Part shown: piece after piece, positions 14,801 to 30,350 of the stretch
Numbering within the stretch: position 1 is the first letter of the stretch
Layout of the letters: the number at the start of each line of letters is the position of its first letter
From: Lytechinus pictus
Taxonomy: Eukaryota
Length of the DNA stretch: 64,000 nucleotides
NCBI RefSeq assembly: GCF_037042905.1
Contig: NC_087251.1
Location: 37,078,001 to 37,142,000 of the forward strand
Direction of reading: 5' to 3'
The notes under the pieces: model-generated
Seen by the model: the letters and a program-made list of their open reading frames with translations, nothing else
The model's database searches: none
Told to the model about the DNA's origin: nothing
Made by a program: the position numbers and the translations under genes

Positions 14801-15173
14801 CAAGGAAAATTGGGCAAAATAGAGCAAAATAATATTGGTTCAATATTTCCCCCAAAACCCCCCAAAATCAGCCGTCTTCGCTCCCTGGGATGTTTTAGCA
14901 TCCTAACCGATTATTATAGCGAGAATCAAGAGGATCCAGGTAGTTTGAATTTTCGACCACCTCGCCCCACCCGCGACATGGAAAATTGGGCAAAATTTGC
15001 CAAAATGTAGCAAAATAATATTTGTTCAATATTTCCCCCGAAACCCCCCCCAAATCAGCCGTCTTCACTCCCTGGGATGTTTTAGCATCCTAACCAATTA
15101 TTACAGCGAGAATCAAGAGGATCCAGGGAGTTTGAATTTTCGAACCCCTCGCCCCACCCGCGACATGGAAAAT
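2895..15173 (+). repeat. SatA HOR domain 1: two near-identical copies of a 6159-bp unit (~33 monomers)
   Basis: Identical ORF translations recur at a constant 6159 offset: 2895/9054, 3414/9573, 4734/10893, 6023/12182, 7546/13705, 8070/14229. An internal 1320-bp sub-repeat is present (3414/4734). Confidence 0.93.
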
Positions 15174-15699
15174 TGGGCAAAATTGGCCAAAATTGAGCAA
15201 AATAATATTTGTTCAATATTTCCCCCGAAACCCCCCCAAATCAGCCGTCTTCGCTCCCTGGGATGTTTTAACATCCTAACCGATTATTACAGCGAGAATC
15301 AAGAGGATCAAGGGAGTTTGAATTTCCGACCCCATTGCCCCACCCGCGACATGGAAAATTTGGCAAAATTTGCCAAAATTGAGCAAAATAATAATTGTTC
15401 AATAATTCCCCCGAAACCCCTCCAAATCAGCCGTCTTCGCTCCCTGGGATGTTTTTAGCATCCTAACCGATTATTACAGCGAGAATCAAGAGAATCAAGA
15501 GGATCCAGGGAGTTTGAATTTTCGACCCCCTCGCCCCACCCGCGACATGGAAAATTGGGCAAAATTTGCCAAAATTGAGCAAAATAATAATTGTTCAATA
15601 TTTCCCCCGAAACCCCTCCAAATCAGCCGTCTTCGCTCCCTGGGATGTTTTAGCATCCTAACCGATTATTACAGCGAGAATCAAGAGGATCCAGGGAGT

Positions 15700-18600
15700 T
15701 TGAATTTTCGACCCCCTCGCCCCACCCGCGACATGGAAAATTTGGCAAAATTTGCCAAAATTGAGCAAAATAATAATTGTTCAATATTTCCCCCGAAACC
15801 CCTCCAAATCAGCCGTCTTCGCTCCCTGGGATGTTTTAGCATCCTAACCGATTATTACAGCGAGAATCAAGAGAATCAAGAGGATCCAGGGAGTTTGAAT
15901 TTTCGACCCCCTCGCCCCACCCGCGACATGGAAAATTGGGCAAAATTGGCCAAAATTGAGCAAAATAATATTTGTTCAATATTTCCCCCGAAACCCCCCC
16001 AAATCAGCCGTCTTTGCTCCCTGGGATGTTTTAGCATCCTAACCAATTATTACAGCGAGAATCAAGAGGATCCAGAGAGTTTGAATTTTTGACCCTCTCG
16101 CCCCACCCGCGACATGGAAAATTGGGCAAAATTGAGCAAAATAATATTTGTTCAATATTTCCCCCGAAACCCCCCCAAATCAGCCGTCTTCGCTCCCTGA
16201 GATGTTTTAGCATCCTAACCGATTATTACAGCGAGAATCAAGAGGATCCAGGGAGTTTGAATTTTCGACCCCCTCGCCCCTACCGCGACATGGAAAATTG
16301 GCCAAAATTCGCCAAATTTGAGCAAAATAATATTTGTTCAATATTTCCCCCGAAACCCCCCAAAATCAGCCGTCTTCACTCCCTGGGATGTTTTAGCATC
16401 CTAACCAATTATTATAGCCAGAATCAAGAGGATCCAGGGAGTTTGAATTTTCGACCCCCTCGCCCCACCCGCGACATGGAAAATTGGCCAAAATACGCCA
16501 AATTTGAGCAAAATAATATTTGTTCAATATTTCCCCCGAAACCCCCCCCCAAATCAGCCGTCTTCACTCCCTGGGATGTTTTAGCATCCTAACCAATTAT
16601 TACAGCGAGAATCAAGAGGATCCAGGGAGTTTGAATTTTCGACCCCCTCGCCCCACCCGCGACATGGAAAATTGGGCAAAATTGGCCAAAATTGAGCAAA
16701 ATAATATTTGTTCAATATTTCCCCCGAAACCCCCCCAAATCAGCCGTCTTCGCTCCCTGGGATGTTTTAACATCCTAACCGATTATTACAGCGAGAATCA
16801 AGAGGATCAAGGGAGTTTGAATTTTCGACCCCATTGCCCCACCCGCGACATGGAAAATTTGGCAAAATTTGCCAAAATTGAGCAAAATAATAATTGTTCA
16901 ATATTTCCCCCGAAACCCCTCCAAATCAGCCGTCTTCGCTCCCTGGGATGTTTTAGCATCCTCACCGATTATTACAGCGAGAATCAAGAGAATCAAGAGG
17001 ATCCAGGGAGTTTGAATTTTCGACCCCCTCGCCCCACCCGCGACATGGAAAATTGGGCAAAATTTGCCAAAATAGAGCAAAATAATATTTGTTCAATATT
17101 TCCCCCGAAAGCCCCCCAAATCAGCCGTCTTCGCTCCCTGGGATGTTTTAGCATCCTAACCGATTATTACAGCGAGAATCAAGAGGATCAAGGGAGTTTG
17201 AATTTTCGACCCCCTCGCCCCACCCGCGACATGGAAAATTGGGCAAAATTCGCCAAAATTGAGCAAAATAATGTTTGTTCAATATTTCCCCCGAAACCCC
17301 CCCAAATCAGCCGTCTTCGCTCCCTGGGATGTTTTAGCATCCTAACCGATTATTACAGTGAGAATCAAGAGGATCAAGGGAGTTTGAATTTTCGACCCCA
17401 TTGCCCCACCCGCGACATGGAAAATTTGGCAAAATTTGCCAAAATTGAGCAAAATAATAATTGTTCAATATTTCCCCGAAACCCCTCCAAATCAGCCGTC
17501 TTCGCTCCCTGGGATGTTTTAGCATCCTCACCGATTATTACAGCGAGAATCAAGAGAATCAAGAGGATCCAGGGAGTTTGAATTTTCGACCCCCTCGCCC
17601 CACCCGCGACATGGAAAATTGGGCAAAATTTACCAAAATAGAGCAAAATAATATTTGTTCAATATTTCCCCCGAAAGCCCCCCAAATCAGCCGTCTTCGC
17701 TCCCTGGGATGTTTTAGCATCCTAACCGATTATTACAGCGAGAATCAAGAGGATCAAGGGAGTTTGAATTTTCGACCCCCTCGCCCCACCCGCGACATGG
17801 AAAATTGGCAAAAATTCGCCAAATTTGAGCAAAATAATATTTGTTCAATATTTCCCCCGAAACCCCCCAAATCAGCCGTCTTCACTCCCTGGGATGTTTT
17901 AGCATCCTAACCGATTATTACAGCGAGAATCAAGAGGATCCAGGGAGTTTGAATTTTCGACCCCCTCGCCCCACCCGCGATATGGAAAATTTGGCAAAAT
18001 TTGCCAAAATTGAGCAAAATAATAATTGTTCAATATTTCCCCCGAAACCCCTCCAAATCAGCCGTCTTCGCTCCCTGGGATGTTTTAGCATCCTAACCGA
18101 TTATTACAGCGAGAATCAAGAGAATCAAGAGGATCCAGGGAGTTTGAATTTTCGACCCCCTCGCCCCACCCGCGACATGGAAAATTGGGCAAAATTGGCC
18201 AAAATTGAGCAAAATAATATTTGTTCAATATTTCCCCCGAAACCCCCCCAAATCAGCCGTCTTTGCTCCCTGGGATGTTTTAGCATCCTAACCAATTATT
18301 ACAGCGAGAATCAAGAGGATCCAGAGAGTTTGAATTTTTGACCCTCTCGCCCCACCCGCGACATGGAAAATTGGGCAAAATTGAGCAAAATAATATTTGT
18401 TCAATATTTCCCCCGAAACCCCCCCAAATCAGCCGTCTTCGCTCCCTGGGATGTTTTAGCATCCTAACCGATTATTACAGCGAGAATCAAGAGGATCCAG
18501 GGAGTTTGAATTTTCGACCCCCTCGCCCCACCCGCGACATGGAAAATTGGCAAAAATTCGCCAAATTTGAGCAAAATAATATTTGTTCAATATTTCCCCC

Positions 18601-21600
18601 GAAACCCCCCCAAATCAGCCGTCTTCACTCCCTGGGATGTTTTAGCATCCTAACCAATTATTATAGCGAGAATCAAGAGGATCCAGGGAGTTTGAATTTT
18701 CGACCCCCTCGCCCCACCCGCGACATGGAAAATTGGCCAAAATACGCCAAATTTGAGCAAAATAATATTTGTTCAATATTTCCCCCGAAACCCCCCCCAA
18801 ATCAGCCGTCTTCACTCCCTGGGATGTTTTAGCATCCTAACCAATTATTACAGCGAGAATCAAGAGGATCCAGGGAGTTTGAATTTTCGAACCCCTCGCC
18901 CCACCCGCGACATGGAAAATTGGGCAAAATTGGCCAAAATTGAGCAAAATAATATTTGTTCAATATTTCCCCCGAAACCCCCCCAAATCAGCCGTCTTCG
19001 CTCCCTGGGATGTTTTAACATCCTAACCGATTATTACAGCGAGAATCAAGAGGATCAAGGGAGTTTGAATTTTCGACCCCATTGCCCCACCCGCGACATG
19101 GAAAATTTGGCAAAATTTGCCAAAATTGAGCAAAATAATAATTGTTCAATATTTCCCCCGAAACCCCTCCAAATCAGCCGTCTTCGCTCCCTGGGATGTT
19201 TTTAGCATCCTAACCGATTATTACAGCGAGAATCAAGAGAATCAAGAGGATCCAGGGAGTTTGAATTTTCGACCCCCTCGCCCCACCCGCGACATGGAAA
19301 ATTTGGCAAAATTTGCCAAAATTGAGCAAAATAATAATTGTTCAATATTTCCCCCGAAACCCCTCCAAATCAGCCGTCTTCGCTCCCTGGGATGTTTTAG
19401 CATCCTAACCGATTATTACAGCGAGAATCAAGAGAATCAAGAGGATCCAGGGAGTTTGAATTTTCGACCCCCTCGCCCCACCCGCGACATGGAAAATTGG
19501 GCAAAATTGGCCAAAATAGAGCAAAATAATATTTGTTCAATATTTCCCCTGAAACCCCCCCAAATCAGCCGTCTTCGCTCCCTGGGATGTTTTAGCATCC
19601 TAACCGATTATTACAGCGAGAATCAAGAGGATCCAGGGAGTTTGAATTTTCGACCCCCTCGCCCCACCCGCGACATGGAAAATTTGGCAAAGTTTGCCAA
19701 AATTGAGCAAAATAATAATTGTTCAATATTTCCCCCGAAACCCCTCCAAATCAGCCGTCTTCGCTCCCTGGGATGTTTTAGCATCCTAACCGATTATTAC
19801 AGCGAGAATCAAGAGAATCAAGAGGATCCAGGGAGTTTGAATTTTCGACCCCCTCGCCCCACCCGCGACATGGAAAATTGGGCAAAATTGGCCAAAATTG
19901 AGCAAAATAATATTTGTTCAATATTTCCCCCGAAACCCCCCCAAATCAGCCGTCTTTGCTCCCTGGGATGTTTTAGCATCCTAACCAATTATTACAGCGA
20001 GAATCAAGAGGATCCAGAGAGTTTGAATTTTTGACCCTCTCGCCCCACCCGCGACATGGAAAATTGGGCAAAATTGAGCAAAATAATATTTGTTCAATAT
20101 TTCCCCCGAAACCCCCCCAAATCAGCCGTCTTCGCTCCCTGGGATGTTTTAGCATCCTAACCGATTATTACAGCGAGAATCAAGAGGATCCAGGGAGTTT
20201 GAATTTTCGACCCCCTCGCCCCACCCGCGACATGGAAAATTGGCAAAAATTCGCCAAATTTGAGCAAAATAATATTTGTTCAATATTTCCCCCGAAACCC
20301 CCCCAAATCAGCCGTCTTCACTCCCTGGGATGTTTTAGCATCCTAACCAATTATTATAGCGAGAATCAAGAGGATCCAGGGAGTTTGAATTTTCGACCCC
20401 CTCGCCCCACCCGCGACATGGAAAATTGGCCAAAATACGCCAAATTTGAGCAAAATAATATTTGTTCAATATTTCCCCCGAAACCCCCCCCCAAATCAGC
20501 CGTCTTCACTCCCTGGGATGTTTTAGCATCCTAACCAATTATTACAGCGAGAATCAAGAGGATCCAGGGAGTTTGAATTTTCGACCCCCTCGCCCCACCC
20601 GCGACATGGAAAATTGGGCAAAATTGGCCAAAATTGAGCAAAATAATATTTGTTCAATATTTCCCCCGAAACCCCCCCAAATCAGCCGTCTTCGCTCCCT
20701 GGGATGTTTTAACATCCTAACCGATTATTACAGCGAGAATCAAGAGGATCAAGGGAGTTTGAATTTTCGACCCCATTGCCCCACCCGCGACATGGAAAAT
20801 TTGGCAAAATTTGCCAAAATTGAGCAAAATAATAATTGTTCAATATTTCCCCCGAAACCCCTCCAAATCAGCCGTCTTCGCTCCCTGGGATGTTTTAGCA
20901 TCCTCACCGATTATTACAGCGAGAATCAAGAGAATCAAGAGGATCCAGGGAGTTTGAATTTTCGACCCCCTCGCCCCACCCGCGACATGGAAAATTGGGC
21001 AAAATTTGCCAAAATAGAGCAAAATAATATTTGTTCAATATTTCCCCCGAAAGCCCCCCAAATCAGCCGTCTTCGCTCCCTGGGATGTTTTAGCATCCTA
21101 ACCGATTATTACAGCGAGAATCAAGAGGATCAAGGGAGTTTGAATTTTCGACCCCCTCGCCCCACCCGCGACATGGAAAATTGGGCAAAATTCGCCAAAA
21201 TTGAGCAAAATAATGTTTGTTCAATATTTCCCCCGAAACCCCCCCAAATCAGCCGTCTTCGCTCCCTGGGATGTTTTAGCATCCTAACCGATTATTACAG
21301 TGAGAATCAAGAGGATCAAGGGAGTTTGAATTTTCGACCCCATTGCCCCACCCGCGACATGGAAAATTTGGCAAAATTTGCCAAAATTGAGCAAAATAAT
21401 AATTGTTCAATATTTCCCCGAAACCCCTCCAAATCAGCCGTCTTCGCTCCCTGGGATGTTTTAGCATCCTCACCGATTATTACAGCGAGAATCAAGAGAA
21501 TCAAGAGGATCCAGGGAGTTTGAATTTTCGACCCCCTCGCCCCACCCGCGACATGGAAAATTGGGCAAAATTTACCAAAATAGAGCAAAATAATATTTGT

Positions 21601-24600
21601 TCAATATTTCCCCCGAAAGCCCCCCAAATCAGCCGTCTTCGCTCCCTGGGATGTTTTAGCATCCTAACCGATTATTACAGCGAGAATCAAGAGGATCAAG
21701 GGAGTTTGAATTTTCGACCCCCTCGCCCCACCCGCGACATGGAAAATTGGCAAAAATTCGCCAAATTTGAGCAAAATAATATTTGTTCAATATTTCCCCC
21801 GAAACCCCCCAAATCAGCCGTCTTCACTCCCTGGGATGTTTTAGCATCCTAACCGATTATTACAGCGAGAATCAAGAGGATCCAGGGAGTTTGAATTTTC
21901 GACCCCCTCGCCCCACCCGCGATATGGAAAATTTGGCAAAATTTGCCAAAATTGAGCAAAATAATAATTGTTCAATATTTCCCCCGAAACCCCTCCAAAT
22001 CAGCCGTCTTCGCTCCCTGGGATGTTTTAGCATCCTAACCGATTATTACAGCGAGAATCAAGAGAATCAAGAGGATCCAGGGAGTTTGAATTTTCGACCC
22101 CCTCGCCCCACCCGCGACATGGAAAATTGGGCAAAATTGGCCAAAATTGAGCAAAATAATATTTGTTCAATATTTCCCCCGAAACCCCCCCAAATCAGCC
22201 GTCTTTGCTCCCTGGGATGTTTTAGCATCCTAACCAATTATTACAGCGAGAATCAAGAGGATCCAGAGAGTTTGAATTTTTGACCCTCTCGCCCCACCCG
22301 CGACATGGAAAATTGGGCAAAATTGAGCAAAATAATATTTGTTCAATATTTCCCCCGAAACCCCCCCAAATCAGCCGTCTTCGCTCCCTGGGATGTTTTA
22401 GCATCCTAACCGATTATTACAGCGAGAATCAAGAGGATCCAGGGAGTTTGAATTTTCGACCCCCTCGCCCCACCCGCGACATGGAAAATTGGCAAAAATT
22501 CGCCAAATTTGAGCAAAATAATATTTGTTCAATATTTCCCCCGAAACCCCCCCAAATCAGCCGTCTTCACTCCCTGGGATGTTTTAGCATCCTAACCAAT
22601 TATTATAGCGAGAATCAAGAGGATCCAGGGAGTTTGAATTTTCGACCCCCTCGCCCCACCCGCGACATGGAAAATTGGCCAAAATACGCCAAATTTGAGC
22701 AAAATAATATTTGTTCAATATTTCCCCCGAAACCCCCCCCAAATCAGCCGTCTTCACTCCCTGGGATGTTTTAGCATCCTAACCAATTATTACAGCGAGA
22801 ATCAAGAGGATCCAGGGAGTTTGAATTTTCGAACCCCTCGCCCCACCCGCGACATGGAAAATTGGGCAAAATTGGCCAAAATTGAGCAAAATAATATTTG
22901 TTCAATATTTCCCCCGAAACCCCCCCAAATCAGCCGTCTTCGCTCCCTGGGATGTTTTAACATCCTAACCGATTATTACAGCGAGAATCAAGAGGATCAA
23001 GGGAGTTTGAATTTTCGACCCCATTGCCCCACCCGCGACATGGAAAATTTGGCAAAATTTGCCAAAATTGAGCAAAATAATAATTGTTCAATATTTCCCC
23101 CGAAACCCCTCCAAATCAGCCGTCTTCGCTCCCTGGGATGTTTTTAGCATCCTAACCGATTATTACAGCGAGAATCAAGAGAATCAAGAGGATCCAGGGA
23201 GTTTGAATTTTCGACCCCCTCGCCCCACCCGCGACATGGAAAATTTGGCAAAATTTGCCAAAATTGAGCAAAATAATAATTGTTCAATATTTCCCCCGAA
23301 ACCCCTCCAAATCAGCCGTCTTCGCTCCCTGGGATGTTTTAGCATCCTAACCGATTATTACAGCGAGAATCAAGAGAATCAAGAGGATCCAGGGAGTTTG
23401 AATTTTCGACCCCCTCGCCCCACCCGCGACATGGAAAATTGGGCAAAATTGGCCAAAATAGAGCAAAATAATATTTGTTCAATATTTCCCCTGAAACCCC
23501 CCCAAATCAGCCGTCTTCGCTCCCTGGGATGTTTTAGCATCCTAACCGATTATTACAGCGAGAATCAAGAGGATCCAGGGAGTTTGAATTTTCGACCCCC
23601 TCGCCCCACCCGCGACATGGAAAATTTGGCAAAGTTTGCCAAAATTGAGCAAAATAATAATTGTTCAATATTTCCCCCGAAACCCCTCCAAATCAGCCGT
23701 CTTCGCTCCCTGGGATGTTTTAGCATCCTAACCGATTATTACAGCGAGAATCAAGAGAATCAAGAGGATCCAGGGAGTTTGAATTTTCGACCCCCTCGCC
23801 CCACCCGCGACATGGAAAATTGGGCAAAATTGGCCAAAATTGAGCAAAATAATATTTGTTCAATATTTCCCCCGAAACCCCCCCAAATCAGCCGTCTTTG
23901 CTCCCTGGGATGTTTTAGCATCCTAACCAATTATTACAGCGAGAATCAAGAGGATCCAGAGAGTTTGAATTTTTGACCCTCTCGCCCCACCCGCGACATG
24001 GAAAATTGGGCAAAATTGAGCAAAATAATATTTGTTCAATATTTCCCCCGAAACCCCCCCAAATCAGCCGTCTTCGCTCCCTGGGATGTTTTAGCATCCT
24101 AACCGATTATTACAGCGAGAATCAAGAGGATCCAGGGAGTTTGAATTTTCGACCCCCTCGCCCCACCCGCGACATGGAAAATTGGCAAAAATTCGCCAAA
24201 TTTGAGCAAAATAATATTTGTTCAATATTTCCCCCGAAACCCCCCCAAATCAGCCGTCTTCACTCCCTGGGATGTTTTAGCATCCTAACCAATTATTATA
24301 GCGAGAATCAAGAGGATCCAGGGAGTTTGAATTTTCGACCCCCTCGCCCCACCCGCGACATGGAAAATTGGCCAAAATACGCCAAATTTGAGCAAAATAA
24401 TATTTGTTCAATATTTCCCCCGAAACCCCCCCCAAATCAGCCGTCTTCACTCCCTGGGATGTTTTAGCATCCTAACCAATTATTACAGCGAGAATCAAGA
24501 GGATCCAGGGAGTTTGAATTTTCGAACCCCTCGCCCCACCCGCGACATGGAAAATTGGGCAAAATTGGCCAAAATTGAGCAAAATAATATTTGTTCAATA

Positions 24601-26420
24601 TTTCCCCCGAAACCCCCCCAAATCAGCCGTCTTCGCTCCCTGGGATGTTTTAACATCCTAACCGATTATTACAGCGAGAATCAAGAGGATCAAGGGAGTT
24701 TGAATTTTCGACCCCATTGCCCCACCCGCGACATGGAAAATTTGGCAAAATTTGCCAAAATTGAGCAAAATAATAATTGTTCAATATTTCCCCCGAAACC
24801 CCTCCAAATCAGCCGTCTTCGCTCCCTGGGATGTTTTTAGCATCCTAACCGATTATTACAGCGAGAATCAAGAGAATCAAGAGGATCCAGGGAGTTTGAA
24901 TTTTCGACCCCCTCGCCCCACCCGCGACATGGAAAATTTGGCAAAATTTGCCAAAATTGAGCAAAATAATAATTGTTCAATATTTCCCCCGAAACCCCTC
25001 CAAATCAGCCGTCTTCGCTCCCTGGGATGTTTTAGCATCCTAACCGATTATTACAGCGAGAATCAAGAGAATCAAGAGGATCCAGGGAGTTTGAATTTTC
25101 GACCCCCTCGCCCCACCCGCGACATGGAAAATTGGGCAAAATTGGCCAAAATAGAGCAAAATAATATTTGTTCAATATTTCCCCTGAAACCCCCCCAAAT
25201 CAGCCGTCTTCGCTCCCTGGGATGTTTTAGCATCCTAACCGATTATTACAGCGAGAATCAAGAGGATCCAGGGAGTTTGAATTTTCGACCCCCTCGCCCC
25301 ACCCGCGACATGGAAAATTTGGCAAAGTTTGCCAAAATTGAGCAAAATAATAATTGTTCAATATTTCCCCCGAAACCCCTCCAAATCAGCCGTCTTCGCT
25401 CCCTGGGATGTTTTAGCATCCTAACCGATTATTACAGCGAGAATCAAGAGAATCAAGAGGATCCAGGGAGTTTGAATTTTCGACCCCCTCGCCCCACCCG
25501 CGACATGGAAAATTGGGCAAAATTGGCCAAAATTGAGCAAAATAATATTTGTTCAATATTTCCCCCGAAACCCCCCCAAATCAGCCGTCTTTGCTCCCTG
25601 GGATGTTTTAGCATCCTAACCAATTATTACAGCGAGAATCAAGAGGATCCAGAGAGTTTGAATTTTTGACCCTCTCGCCCCACCCGCGACATGGAAAATT
25701 GGGCAAAATTGAGCAAAATAATATTTGTTCAATATTTCCCCCGAAACCCCCCCAAATCAGCCGTCTTCGCTCCCTGGGATGTTTTAGCATCCTAACCGAT
25801 TATTACAGCGAGAATCAAGAGGATCCAGGGAGTTTGAATTTTCGACCCCCTCGCCCCACCCGCGACATGGAAAATTGGCCAAAATTCGCCAAATTTGAGC
25901 AAAATAATATTTGTTCAATATTTCCCCCGAAACCCCCCAAAATCAGCCGTCTTCACTCCCTGGGATGTTTTAGCATCCTAACCAATTATTATAGCGAGAA
26001 TCAAGAGGATCCAGGGAGTTTGAATTTTCGACCCCCTCGCCCCACCCGCGACATGGAAAATTGGCCAAAATACGCCAAATTTGAGCAAAATAATATTTGT
26101 TCAATATTTCCCCCGAAACCCCCCCCAAATCAGCCGTCTTCACTCCCTGGGATGTTTTAGCATCCTAACCAATTATTACAGCGAGAATCAAGAGGATCCA
26201 GGGAGTTTGAATTTTCGACCCCCTCGCCCCACCCGCGACATGGAAAATTGGGCAAAATTGGCCAAAATTGAGCAAAATAATATTTGTTCAATATTTCCCC
26301 CGAAACCCCCCCAAATCAGCCGTCTTCGCTCCCTGGGATGTTTTAACATCCTAACCGATTATTACAGCGAGAATCAAGAGGATCAAGGGAGTTTGAATTT
26401 TCGACCCCATTGCCCCACCC
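15700..26420 (+). repeat. SatA HOR domain 2: 3942-bp unit (~21 monomers = 2249 + 1693) followed by tandem 1693-bp (~9-monomer) units
   Basis: Offset 3942: 16520/20462, 17461/21403, 19117/23059. Offset 1693: 18280/19973, 22222/23915/25608, 23059/24752. Domain boundaries are approximate. Confidence 0.9.
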
Positions 26421-27679
26421 GCGACATGGAAAATTGGGCAAAATTGGGCAAAATTGAGCAAAATAATAATTGTTCAATATTTCCCCCGAAACCCCTCCAA
26501 ATCAGCCGTCTTCGCTCCCTGGGATGTTTTAGCATCCTAACCGATTATTACAGCGAGAATCAAGAGAATCAAGAGGATCCAGGGAGTTTGAATTTTCGAC
26601 CCCCTCGCCCCACCCGCGACATGGAAAATTGGCCAAAATTGGCCAAATTTGAGCAAAATAATATTTGTTCAATATTTCCCCCGAAACCCCCCCAAATCAG
26701 CCGTCTTCACTCCCTGGGATGTTTTAGCATCCTAACCGATTATTATAGCGAGAATCAAGAGGATGCAGGGAGTTTGAATTTTCGACCCCCTCGCCCCACC
26801 CGCGACATGGAAAATTGGGCAAAATTCGCCAAAATTGAGCAAAATAATGTTTGTTCAATATTTCCCCCGAAACCCCCCCAAATCAGCCGTCTTCGCTCCC
26901 TGGGATGTTTTAGCATCCTAACCGATTATTACAGTGAGAATCAAGAGGATCAAGGGAGTTTGAATTTTCGACCCCATTGCCCCACCCGCGACATGGAAAA
27001 TTTGGCAAAATTTGCCAAAATCGAGCAAAATAATAATTGTTCAATATTTCCCCCGAAACCCCTCCAAATCAGCCGTCTTCGCTCCCTGGGATGTTTTAGC
27101 ATCCTCACCGATTATTACAGCGAGAATCAAGAGAATCAAGAGGATCCAGGGAGTTTGAATTTTCGACCCCCTCGCCCCACCCGCGACATGGAAAATTGGG
27201 CAAAATTTGCCAAAATAGAGCAAAATAATATTTGTTCAATATTTCCCCCGAAAGCCCCCCAAATCAGCCGTCTTCGCTCCCTGGGATGTTTTAGCATCCT
27301 AACCGATTATTACAGCGAGAATCAAGAGGATCAAGGGAGTTTGAATTTTCGACCCCATTGCCCCATCCGCGACATGGAAAATTTGGCAAAATTTGCCAAA
27401 ATTGAGCAAAATAATAATTGTTCAATATTTCCCCCGAAACCCCTCCAAATCAGCCGTCTTCGCTCCCTGGGATGTTTAAGCATCCTAACCGATTATTACA
27501 GCGAGAATCAAGAGAATCAACAGGATCCAGGGAGTTTGAATTTTCGACCCCCTCGCCCCACCCGCGACATGGAAAATTTGCCAAAATTTGCCAAAATTGA
27601 GCAAAATAATAATTGTTCAATATTTCCCCCGAAACCCCTCCAAATCAGCCGTCTTCGCTCCCTGGGATGTTTTAGCATC

Positions 27680-30350
27680 CTAACCGATTATTACAGCGAG
27701 AATCAAGAGAATCAAGAGGATCCAGGGAGTTTGAATTTTCGACCCCCTCGCCCCACCCGCGACATGGAAAATTGGGCAAAATTTGCCAAAATTGAGCAAA
27801 ATAATATTTGTTCAATATTTCCCCCGAAACCCCCCCAAATCAGCCGTCTTTGCTCCCTGGGATGTTTTAGCATCCTAACCGATTATTACAGCGAGAATCA
27901 AGAGGATCCAGAGAGTTTGAATTTTTGACCCTCTCGCCCCACCCGCGACATGGAAAATTGGGCAAAATTGAGCAAAATAATATTTGTTCAATATTTCCCC
28001 CGAAACCCCCCCAAATCAGCCGCTTCGCTCCCTGGAATGTTTTAGCATCCTAACCGATTATTACATCGAGAATCAAGAGGATCCAGGGAGTTTGAATTTC
28101 GACCCCATTGCCCCACCCGCGACATGGAAAATTGGGCAAAATTGGCCAAAATTGAGCAAAATAATATTTGTTCAATATTTCCCCCGAAACCCCCCCAAAT
28201 CAGCCGTCTTCGCTCCCTGGGATGTTTCAGCATCCTAACCGATTATTATAGCGAGAATCAAGAGGATCCAGGGAGTTTGAATTTTCGACCACCTCGCCCC
28301 ACCCGCGACATGGAAAATTGGCCAAAATTGGCCAAATTTGAGCAAAATAATATTTGTTCAATATTTCCCCCGAAACCCCCCCAAATCAGCCGTCTTTGCT
28401 CCCTGGGATGTTTTAGCATCCTAACCAATTATTACAGCGAGAATCAAGAGGATCCAGAGAGTTTGAATTTTTGACCCTCTCGCCCCACCCGCGACATGGA
28501 AAATTGGGCAAAATTGAGCAAAATAATATTTGTTCAATATTTCCCCCGAAACCCCCCCAAATCAGCCGTCTTCGCTCCCTGGGATGTTTTAGCATCCTAA
28601 CCGATTATTACAGCGAGAATCAAGAGGATCCAGGGAGTTTGAATTTTCGACCCCCTCGCCCCACCCGCGACATGGAAAATTGGCCAAAATTCGCCAAATT
28701 TGAGCAAAATAATATTTGTTCAATATTTCCCCCGAAACCCCCCAAAATCAGCCGTCTTCACTCCCTGGGATGTTTTAGCATCCTAACCAATTATTATAGC
28801 GAGAATCAAGAGGATCCAGGGAGTTTGAATTTTCGACCCCCTCGCCCCACCCGCGACATGGAAAATTGGCCAAAATACGCCAAATTTGAGCAAAATAATA
28901 TTTGTTCAATATTTCCCCCGAAACCCCCCCCAAATCAGCCGTCTTCACTCCCTGGGATGTTTTAGCATCCTAACCGATTATTACAGCGAGAATCAAGAGA
29001 ATCAAGAGGATCCAGGGAGTTTGAATTTTCGACCCCCTCGCCCCACCCGCGACATGGAAAATTGGGCAAAATTTGCCAAAATTGAGCAAAATAATATTTG
29101 TTCAATATTTCCCCCGAAACCCCCCCAAATCAGCCGTCTTTGCTCCCTGGGATGTTTTAGCATCCTAACCGATTATTACAGCGAGAATCAAGAGGATCCA
29201 GAGAGTTTGAATTTTTGACCCTCTCGCCCCACCCGCGACATGGAAAATTGGGCAAAATTGAGCAAAATAATATTTGTTCAATATTTCCCCCGAAACCCCC
29301 CCAAATCAGCCGCTTCGCTCCCTGGAATGTTTTAGCATCCTAACCGATTATTACATCGAGAATCAAGAGGATCCAGGGAGTTTGAATTTCGACCCCATTG
29401 CCCCACCCGCGACATGGAAAATTGGGCAAAATTGGCCAAAATTGAGCAAAATAATATTTGTTCAATATTTCCCCCGAAACCCCCCCAAATCAGCCGTCTT
29501 CGCTCCCTGGGATGTTTCAGCATCCTAACCGATTATTATAGCGAGAATCAAGAGGATCCAGGGAGTTTGAATTTTCGACCACCTCGCCCCACCCGCGACA
29601 TGGAAAATTGGCCAAAATTGGCCAAATTTGAGCAAAATAATATTTGTTCAATATTTCCCCCGAAACCCCCCCAAATCAGCCGTCTTTGCTCCCTGGGATG
29701 TTTTAGCATCCTAACCAATTATTACAGCGAGAATCAAGAGGATCCAGAGAGTTTGAATTTTTGACCCTCTCGCCCCACCCGCGACATGGAAAATTGGGCA
29801 AAATTGAGCAAAATAATATTTGTTCAATATTTCCCCCGAAACCCCCCCAAATCAGCCGTCTTCGCTCCCTGGGATGTTTTAGCATCCTAACCGATTATTA
29901 CAGCGAGAATCAAGAGGATCCAGGGAGTTTGAATTTTCGACCCCCTCGCCCCACCCGCGACATGGAAAATTGGCCAAAATTCGCCAAATTTGAGCAAAAT
30001 AATATTTGTTCAATATTTCCCCCGAAACCCCCCAAAATCAGCCGTCTTCACTCCCTGGGATGTTTTAGCATCCTAACCAATTATTATAGCGAGAATCAAG
30101 AGGATCCAGGGAGTTTGAATTTTCGACCCCCTCGCCCCACCCGCGACATGGAAAATTGGCCAAAATACGCCAAATTTGAGCAAAATAATATTTGTTCAAT
30201 ATTTCCCCCGAAACCCCCCCCAAATCAGCCGTCTTCACTCCCTGGGATGTTTTAGCATCCTAACCGATTATTACGGCGAGAATCAAGAGAATCAAGAGGA
30301 TCCAGGGAGTTTGAATTTTCGACCCCCTCGCCCCACCCGCGACATGGAAA
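27680..30350 (+). repeat. SatA HOR domain 3: 1290-bp unit (~7 monomers), two copies
   Basis: Offset 1290: 27984/29274, 28124/29414, 28471/29761, 28886/30176. A private 1-bp deletion (CAGCCGCTTCG) occurs at ~28017 and ~29307. Confidence 0.9.
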